Shown here: positions 55,415 to 64,000 of the stretch, piece after piece
How positions within the stretch are numbered: the first letter of the stretch is position 1
How the letters are laid out: the number at the start of each line of letters is the position of its first letter
NCBI RefSeq assembly: GCF_006345805.1
Contig: NC_043014.1
Location: 52,080,001-52,144,000 of the forward strand
Direction: 5' to 3'
Origin: Octopus sinensis
Lineage: Eukaryota
DNA length: 64,000 nucleotides
Translations under genes and position numbers: made by a program
Notes under the pieces: generated by a model
What the model was told of the DNA's origin: nothing
What the model saw: only the letters and a program-made list of their open reading frames with translations
Database searches by the model: none

Positions 55415-56036
55415 GGGTAAAATATGAAAAATCAACGAAAATGCATATTGCAGATAGAAAAAGGCTATTTATGACAGGTAGTGACAAATATATACTTTAG
55501 ATTGACTGAGGTAGTAATTCGAGTCATAAAGGTCATTATTATGAGAGCGTCGAGCTTACGATCGTGAGGTTGTGAGCTCGAATCCCGGACCGGGCTGCGT
55601 GTTGTGTTCTTGAGCAAGGCACTTTATTTCACGTTGCTCCAGTTCGCTCAGCTGTAGAAATGAGTTGCGACGTCACTGGTGCCAAGCTGTATCGGCCCCT
55701 TTGCCTTTCCCTTGGATAACACTGGTGGTGTGGAGAGGGGAGGCTGGTATGCATGGGCGACTGCTGGTCTTCAATAAACAACCTTGCCCGGACTTGTGTC
55801 TATGAGGGTAACTTACAAGGTGCAATCCCATGGTCATTCATGACAGAAGGGGGTATTTACCCCCTTTATAAGATGATAATAAAGTAAGAGAACAAAACGA
55901 ACCAGTGGTTTACGCGAAGGCTATGACTCGTATTACTAGCTCAGTCAATCTAAATGTATGTATTTGTCACTAAGAGTCATAAATAGCCTTTTTCTATTTG
56001 CAATATGCATTTTCGTTGATTTTTCATATTTTACCC
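55415..56036. repeat. ~115-bp diverged inverted repeat (55415-55528 / 55922-56036) enclosing a SINE
   Basis: Seen: gggtaaaatatgaaaaatcaacgaaaatgcatattgc versus gcaatatgcattttcgttgatttttcatattttaccc. Confidence 0.85.
55543..55868 (+). mobile_element. SINE family C (5' slightly truncated)
   Basis: Seen: agagcgtcgagcttacgatcgtgaggttgtgag... same body as 30045. Confidence 0.9.
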
Positions 56037-56074
56037 CTATATATATATACATACACACACATAGGTTTATGTAG

Positions 56075-56473
56075 TCTTTACTATTTTACTCTCTTACTTG
56101 TTTCAGTCATTTGACTGCGGCCATGCTGAAGCACTGCCTTTAGTCGAGAAAATCGGCCCCAGTATGCCCAGTACTTATTATATCGGTCTCTTTTACCGAA
56201 ACGCTAAGTGACGGGGACGTAAACACACCAGCATCGGTTGTCAAGCAATGCTAAAGGGACAAACACGGACACACAAACATATACACACATACATATACAT
56301 ATATATATATACATATACATATATACGACAGGTTTCTTTCAGTTTCCGTCTACCAAATCTATACCCGAGGCTATAGCAAAAGACACTTGCCCAAGATGCC
56401 ACGCAGTGGGACTGAACCCGGAACCATGTGGTTGATTAGCAAGCTACTTACCACACAGCCACTCCTGCGCCTT
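56075..56473 (-). mobile_element. SINE family B with 10-bp TSD
   Basis: TSD gtttatgtag at 56065-56074 and 56474-56483. Confidence 0.9.
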
Positions 56474-56734
56474 GTTTATGTAGAAAATATGTAGTCTTAC
56501 GTGTGTTTGCATAAGTGTCTATGTTTACCTGAATCTCTTTAACGTTTAAAAGCATTTCAGATGACTCCATATTAAACTGAGTTGAGCATCTTACGGAAGG
56601 CTATACGTATTGAGAAGAACTAATAGATTACGTGTCAGTACAATTCGCACACACAGACAGACAGACACGCACACACATATACACGCTTAAATGCATATAT
56701 GTAAATATATATACACATATGTATACGCGTGTAC

Positions 56735-56962
56735 AGATAGATAGATACATACATACATACATACGTCGACAGGACAGAGAAACAGACAGACATAGATAGA
56801 TAGATAGATAGATAGATAGACAGAGATAGACAGTGATATAGAGATAGACAGATAGATAGATAGATAGAGATAGACAGTGATATAGAGATAGATAGAGATA
56901 GATAGATAGATAGATAGATAGACAGTGATATAGAGATAGACAGATAGATAGACAGACAGATA
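56735..56962. repeat. (GATA)n/(GACA)n tetranucleotide repeat
   Basis: Seen directly. Confidence 0.9.
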
Positions 56963-59054
56963 AGCATGTCCAAAGTACAAAGTTACTAGGACATACAATA
57001 ATCCACACCGGTTGTCGAGTGATATTGGGGTAATCACACACATACACACACACAAGCATATGTACGACGTCTTTCTTCCTGTTTCTCTCTACCGAATCCA
57101 CCCCCAAGTTACTTTGTAGGCCTAAGACTATTGAAAAAGAGACCCAGTATACCACGCAGTGGGAGCGAAACCGCGATTATTCGGTTGGGAAACGAACTTA
57201 CGTCAGGTTTCCTTCCACCCGATTCTTCTCGCAATATTATTGGTGAAACCGAAGCTCAAGTAGTTGGTACCTACTCAAGATACGGATCAGCGAGATTGAA
57301 CGCATATCTATCGAGTTGCGAATCCACATTTGTAAACACCGTAAAACTCACATTCTCAATTCATTCTCACAACTTTAACCATTTCTAAAAAGTCAGTGTC
57401 TTACAAACCGTTTTATTGATAACGATTCCCGATACTTCTAATATGCTAATCCTCTCTCTAACAAGCCGAAACCTTTGACTTTCATATTAGACGTAGAATA
57501 AAAACTAAAAGAGACACAGTGGCGCCACCTAGTTGATGCTGCTGTTTAATGTGATACATTATGTAAACAAATCAACAACAGTTCTTTCTTTCTCCTTCCT
57601 CTTCTTGCACTTTATCAGATCAGATTTTGCTTTTGTCTTTTTTTTTTATTAATCTTTGTAATTTTTCTCTTATATTTTTGTGCTGTGATTAAATATTTAA
57701 TTGATAATGACGTACTATAAACTCCGATGGCAGTATGATGAAACTGTAATGTCAAATTTTGAATAATGAAAGAAAAAAAATGATAAAACAAGTAAAGTAA
57801 TGAAACAATATAGCTGATTAAAAAATATTCTCCTCATCATTTCTACGAAATCATTTCTGTACGTCGATCTATACATTATTCAACGTTTTAAAAAGATATT
57901 TCATCACCTGTTGACTGAAATTAAACTAGATACTGGATTACCTTACACTCATTGGTGAATGCTGTGTGTATAAAGAAAAATGTATTCGTTACGAAATTAA
58001 AATTGCAGAAGCATGTAAGTTATACTGCTTCTTGTTCATAGCTGGTATTTTATATAGAGCGAGTCCCGAAATTGAAAAGCAAGTTTGTCTTGGGCCGTAT
58101 TTGAACTCAGAACGAAAGGGGAAGAAACAAATATTGTGATGAGTTCTTTTTAAATTAATGTTTTACTAAAATGATGAACACAAGAAAAAGAAACTTTGGT
58201 GCACATTACAAAATTTTAAAGTCATGTATTAGTGGAAACGTGATTAAATTTGACTCCGAGTTTTGCTATTCTGACGTCCTTTTAATGAATAACGTATGTG
58301 TATTTCAGTCTATGTGCATATAGATGAACATCTACTCATCTATATATATAACCGACATTAATACACTTTTCGCTTTAGTCAGAGTATTTGTACACTGAAT
58401 TTTCACTTGTACATTAACAGCGCCATCTGGCAAGCTCTACCATAATTTGGATTGCTTGGCTAGTTTGTAAACGCAAAGGGTTATCTCTGGAGGAGATTAG
58501 GCAAAAATAAATTAATAAAGAAAAATGCTTTATATATATATATACATACATACACACAAAGGAATTAAGTAAAATTTTATGCTCCCCGAGCTCTTATGCG
58601 ACTCGGCCTCACTGAGGTATATTTTCCCTCTATATTGTGCGTAAATAATATCGAATATTTTGATCCCATTCATAGCAACTTCAAACAATCACATTTCGCT
58701 GGAATGTTTTGCACATTAACATTTTTGCCATACAGACTTAAGTTACTTTATTCATTTTATATAACCCACGATTCTCCCCGTATTAATCTCTTGTATTCAC
58801 GCAGTTTGAATGACGCATCACATAAGCAGTAGAACATTCTTTGATTTTCATCCGTACCCGATGTGAACAGGAACATTAGGATCTGTTTCCTTAAGTTGGG
58901 TTCACTCTTGAAGAAGATTTCGGAATCAGTCTCCAATAAAATTATGGAGAGGGACCTTATATTCCGTTACTAAGGTTTCAGTTTAAGTTTTGTAAGTTTT
59001 CCAAGTAAAATAGCTGCAATAGACCAAACATTGTCTAAATGCGACACCGTTCTG

Positions 59055-59103
<49 letters not shown>

Positions 59104-59252
59104 ATAATATATATATATATAAGAAAATAGTAAAGTGTGAAAAAACGACAGAAGGCTTAAATGTTAAAAAATATATATATTTGTGTCAAAATCTGGAGAA
59201 TATGGGAAAAATTTTTTTTCCTTTCCTTAAAATGACAATTTTAAAATTTTTA

Positions 59253-59292
59253 AAGAAATTACCGGTTTCGCGTGTAGCTTTTCAAATTTCTT
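59253..59292 (-). ncRNA. PLE minimal hammerhead ribozyme (C3U/G8A variant), inverted copy
   Basis: Exact reverse complement of 61007-61046. Confidence 0.7.
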
Positions 59293-59432
59293 GTGACGTT
59301 ATGTTTATATTGCATGGAGCTATCGTTGTGTTTATTAACAGGAGATTTCTAAATAAGGGGAGGTAGTGAGTGATTTCTTCCGGTGTAAGGGAGATAATCG
59401 CTTAAAAATTTTTTTTTTTTCCTTTTTCCTTG

Positions 59433-59821
59433 TTAATTTCTCTGTGTCAGTATGTTCGGATGGTTGAGTCTGGATTTGTACTTTTCAATGAAGAATGTTT
59501 CCTTGTTCAGTCTCATTTGTGTTGATGATCCGAAAGCACATTGGTAAAATGGGAAGATTAAAAATTGTGGCAGTATTTGCTTTGCGCATTTCTCAATGTG
59601 CTTACTAAAAGGTATCATTCTATATTCTGGGAATGCAATCTGTTGTCGATGCAGTGTGCATCTACGCCTGAGTGATAGTCCCGTTGAACCCACGTAGTCT
59701 TGGTGGCAGCCCGAGCATTTAATAACATAAATTATGTTTTCAGATGCACAAGTAAAGTTAGATTTGATCTTGAATTTCTGTCCCTCTTTAAAGAAGAATT
59801 CTGATCCTTCCAATAGGTTAA
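59433..59821 (-). CDS. GIY-YIG endonuclease domain of the PLE (open but 5'-truncated, inverted copy)
   Basis: NIIYVIKCSGCHQDYVGSTGLSLRRRCTLH...RLNKETFFI...LN. Confidence 0.8.
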
Positions 59822-61006
59822 AACATAGATAAACTAGATAAACTCCTAAAATTAGAAACCTATTGAACAGCATAAACCCAATATACAGTTCACAATGGAA
59901 TACAACCAAAAGGAGCTCCCGTTCTTGGATATACTAATTAAAAATTAACCTTAAAATAGAAACAGACATTTTTACAAGCCACAGACGCCAAACAATACCT
60001 TCTTTTTAATTCATCCACCCAAGACACACTAAAACAAACATCCCCTTCAACCTTGCAAGAAGGATATGCACATAGTGTCAGAACAAAATACCAGGAACTT
60101 AGACTGCAAGAACTCAAAAACACCCCTAATGATAGACATTACCACCCGAACAGCTCAACTAGAGGATGGGATCAGACGTGCAACAGAAATCAACATAGAA
60201 ACTTTAAGAAGTTCAACACAACAACACACCTTCCCCGAAAATACTACCTTACATATCTACATACCCCCAGAAACAAAGAAGCCTTCACCATCATCACCCA
60301 GAATTTACCAATCTTCATAAAAACCCAAAATTAAAGGAAATTCTAAACATACACCAAATCATTAAATGCTACAAACAGCCTAAATCACTTAAAAAGATTC
60401 TCACAAAGGCAAAATTGTCTTCTAAAATTACGGATGCAAAAGTAAAAAAATGTGGTAGATCGAACTGTGCAACAGGTCTTAACCTATTGGAAGGATCAGA
60501 ATTCTTCTTTAAAGAGGGACAGAAATTCAAGATCAAATCTAACTTACTTGTGCCTCTGAAAACAACATTTATGTTATTAAATGCTCGGGCTGCCACCAAG
60601 ACTACGTGGGTTCAACTGGACTATTCACTCAGGCGTAGATGCACACTGCATCGACAACAGATTGCATTCCCAGAATATAGAATGATACCTTTTAGTGAGC
60701 ACATTGAGAAATGCGCAAAGCAAATACTGCCACAATTTTTAATCTTCCCATTTTACCAATGTGCTTTCGGATCATCAACACAAATGAGACTGAACAAGGA
60801 AACATTCTTCATTGAAAAGTACAAACCCAGACTCAACCATCCGAACATACTGACACAGAGAAATTAACAAGGAAAAGGAAAAAAAAATTTTTTTTAAGCG
60901 ATTATCTCCCTTACACCGGAAGAAATCACTCACTACCTCCCCTTATTTAGAAATCTCCTGTTATAAACAACAACGATAGCTCCATGCAATATAAACATAA
61001 CGTCAC

Positions 61007-61046
61007 AAGAAATTTGAAAAGCTACACGCGAAACCGGTAATTTCTT
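61007..61046 (+). ncRNA. PLE minimal hammerhead ribozyme (C3U/G8A variant)
   Basis: aagaaau UUGAAAA gc-uacac-gc GAA ACCGGU A auuucuu: 7-bp stem I, palindromic stem III, GUA triplet, located 3' of the GIY-YIG ORF as expected for PLE terminal repeats. Confidence 0.7.
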
Positions 61047-61232
61047 TAAAAATTTTAAAATTATGTCATTTTAAGGAAAGGAAAAAAAATTTTTCCAATA
61101 TTCTCCAGACATTTTGACACAAATATATATATTTTTTAACATTTAAGCCTTCTGTCGTTTTTTCACACTTTACTATTTTCTTATATATTCACCCACGTGC
61201 TTTACCCCCAACAAACTTTCTTATCTATATAT

Positions 61233-61264
<32 letters not shown>

Positions 61265-61266
<2 letters not shown>

Positions 61267-61502
61267 CCGGAGTAAGCCATAAATGTCAGACAAGAGGTGC
61301 TCAAATACCAGAGGTAGAGTAATATGCTTTAATTAAAAGCAGCAGAAATATAACAAAACTGTTACTCGGAGTTTCACGTTCCCGTTCGCGGACAGTTTTG
61401 TTAAAATAAAGCCCTATTTTAACAAAACTGTCCGACGAACGGGAACGTGAAACTCCGCGTAAAAGTTTTTGTTCTATTTCTGCTGCTTTTAAATAAAGTA
61501 TA
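61265..61502. mobile_element. 'taccggagtaa' family fold-back element with two opposed hammerhead-like motifs
   Basis: Arms ~61323-61408 and 61415-61502; motifs at 61352-61402 (-) and 61421-61473 (+); merged consensus aacaaaactgt CCGACGA acg-ggaa-cgt GAA ACTCCGAGT A acagttttgtt. Confidence 0.75.
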
Positions 61503-62800
61503 TATATATATAGAGAGAGAGATAGGAGGGAGAGAGAGTGATACATAACCATATATATTCATGCGTGAATACACAGAGAAAGAGATACTTTTGAGTGTAT
61601 ATGTGATGTGCGTGTATGAATTTATGTGCGTTGCCTAGAATTGTTTTTCTACTTGTATGCATGAATGTCTGCAATATTTACCAAAGAGACTCGCAATAGC
61701 TTGAAATTTGAATTAACTCAGCACAATCTTTTCTACACACAGAAAAACCATTACTTTTCATAAATTACCCCCTGCATTTTGTCTATTGTATTTTCCTCTT
61801 GGGGCATATATCAACTCTGACTACATCGCAATAAGTCTGGAATAAAATGCAATGAGAAATGAGCACCGGGACGATTTTATGTTTTGGGAATGTTTATATG
61901 AACAAACTATTAAATTCACGTGGTTTAAGTAAAGATTCATCAATGCATACAACAAAATAACGCATTAGTGCTTAATAGTTTAATATATTTACAAGAATGA
62001 TTACACATAAATTAATTTCCCATAAAATACATTAGGCGAACTGTATAAGCATAAAGTAAAAATAAGAAAAAATACAGCAATCGATACTTTCAACTTACAT
62101 TCCCTTAAGTAATAATATAGCTTTCTGTTTGAAGCAATGGCTAAAACCATTTTTTAAAAAAATAGTGATGCGTTTAAGTAGATGGCTGGCGAAACACCAA
62201 TACATAAAAGCCAAACTAACCAAGATACATCTCAAAGGAGTAATAACTCGACTCGTAGTCTAGCAACACGATAAAGTAAATAAGAACATCTTTAGTATAT
62301 TTTTATTTTTATTTTTTAAGTCTAAATAATTTCCCACAGAGATATTTTGAATTATGAAATTTTGCAGTCGCTTTCTATTTATATTAAGTAAAAATATCTC
62401 TTCCTTATTTACACGTATTAGCTGCTGCAAGCTGTAAATACTCTCGAGTTCTTTACCCAATGTACTTAGTGTGATTTGGTAATAGAAAATGTGATTTTTC
62501 ATAATAAAATCGTTAATATTCGATTTACCACTAAAAGCTTGTATACGTATTTATTTACTTATTTATTCATTATTATGTTGTTTCCGTATTTCAACTTATC
62601 GTTGTTCCGAAATATATTTTATAAAAGTCTTAAATATATTTTAACACTTTTTCATAGTTTTGTTTTGATTCTACTTGAAATGATATCAACTCAACTCAAT
62701 GAAATAGCAAAATAAACAGTTCTTATAGTTCCTTACGCTTTTAATTTAATAGGACAGCTATATGGCATGGAAAGTCATAAAAGATGATATAATAATGATG

Positions 62801-62844
<44 letters not shown>

Positions 62845-62934
62845 TTTAAATTGCTAGCACAAGACAAGCAATTTATGGGGAGAAGATAAGTAGATTACGT
62901 CGACTCCGCGAAATGAATAAAATTTGATCCTAGT

Positions 62935-63570
62935 AAGTAAAGACGGACCAGAAACCGTCACGGAAGCGTGAGGGAGCTGAAAGTAGAAAGAAAATCACCT
63001 GTATGCTCGACACAAAACAAGCATGTGGGATAGACTATGTGAACTGCAGAACTGATAAAACTACAGAGAGCAACAAACGCAGAACGTGTGGTGAGAGGGA
63101 CGAAATATTGTGACATTATTTATGAATGCTCGAAATTTGCCACAAGAACACTAAAGGTGACATGTCATTGTGGTAAGAATGGTCTATCGGGCTTTAGTGG
63201 AAATTATGGCCGAGAAAGATTAAAGACATGATACGACCAAATCCCAGAAGAATTTGCTGAGAATGAGAATTGCAAAAACCTGTGGGATGCAATGATTCGG
63301 TGTGATTAAGCAGATTAAACATGGGAAGCAGGACATTGTTTTTAGTGAACAAAAAGAAAAGAATAAACCTGTCTGATAATTGACATAGCATGTCATGTTG
63401 ACCAAAGGATCGAAGAGAGAGAAGAAAAAGTGAACAACTATGATGGATTGAAATGGAAAATCCACAGGTTACGGGAAATGAAGAATGTGGACGTGATGCG
63501 AATAGCGATTAGTGCGCTTGGACGTATCAGTGCAAAACTACCGGTGTGGCTCAGAATAGTTGGATCAAAT
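62935..63570 (+). pseudogene. Decayed R4/Dong-like non-LTR retrotransposon C-terminus (zinc knuckle and restriction-like endonuclease)
   Basis: Frameshifted pieces: RTCGERDE..HI..EC (CCHC-like), PEEFAENENCKNLWD, KQDIV (PDIV-like), LIIDIAC, ISALG. Confidence 0.75.
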
Positions 63571-64000
63571 ATAAAAAATATTTTCTTCATCATTTCTACG
63601 AAATAATTTCTGCACGTCGATCTGTACATTATTCAACATTTTAAAAAGATATTTTATCACCTGTTGACTGAAATAAAACTAGATATTGGATTACACCGAC
63701 AAAATTTAACAATGTCCTGTAAACGATTATCACTTCAGTCTGCTAGATGTGACCACCTCACACATACCATCGTACCCAGCAAAAGAAAAGTTGTGTATTC
63801 TCATGATATAAAAATAGGCATCTATGGTTATCTTCCTGTAGCCCGATGTTAGGAATTTTCCTTTTCCAACAGCCTAATCTGTTATGTGTATAGTAAAAAT
63901 GATATTCTCGAAGACAAACGGTAAAGGTATCGAAATACAGTTTAGGGATATAATTGGAGGGGGATAAAGATATTAACCTAGACGGGGGCATGACACGCTG

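Larger units (their letters stand above)
59121..61226 (+). mobile_element. Penelope-like element (Neptune-type), 5'-truncated, with inverted upstream copy of its 3' end
   Basis: Plus copy 59822-61226: RT end (IQFTMEYNQKELPFLDILI, QYLLFNS, NIPFNLARR), Cys-rich linker KCGRSNC, GIY-YIG. 59121-59821 is the reverse complement of about 60479-61182. (TA)n on both sides. Confidence 0.9.
57819..63694 (+). repeat. ~123-bp diverged direct duplication (57819-57941 / 63572-63694)
   Basis: Seen in both: catcatttctacgaaa...aaaagatatt..atcacctgttgactgaaat.aaactagata.tggattac. Confidence 0.9.

Overview
AT-rich, repeat-dense animal DNA with no supportable host protein-coding exon. Nearly all listed ORFs are microsatellite artefacts or decayed transposon pieces. 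The SINE and microsatellite landscape resembles an octopus (coleoid cephalopod) genome; this is inferred from repeat recognition, not tested. Contents: four tRNA-headed or SINE-like families in many copies (three copies with readable TSDs); decayed RTE, CR1-group and R4/Dong-like LINE pieces; a decayed Tc1/mariner transposase; two non-autonomous Helitrons; a young Penelope-like element (RT end, GIY-YIG, ~700-bp inverted arm); and an older second PLE remnant. Main non-obvious signals: (1) ten minimal hammerhead-ribozyme-like motifs, most with variant cores, in PLE termini and short non-coding elements beside (TA)n, one of them inside a tRNA-promoter (Pol III) SINE-like element; (2) a strong recursive-splice-site-like AG|GTAAGT at 2647 and a weaker one at 29918, suggesting a giant + strand intron; (3) many local inverted duplications able to form long dsRNA. 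Coordinates were read by eye and may be off by a few bases.
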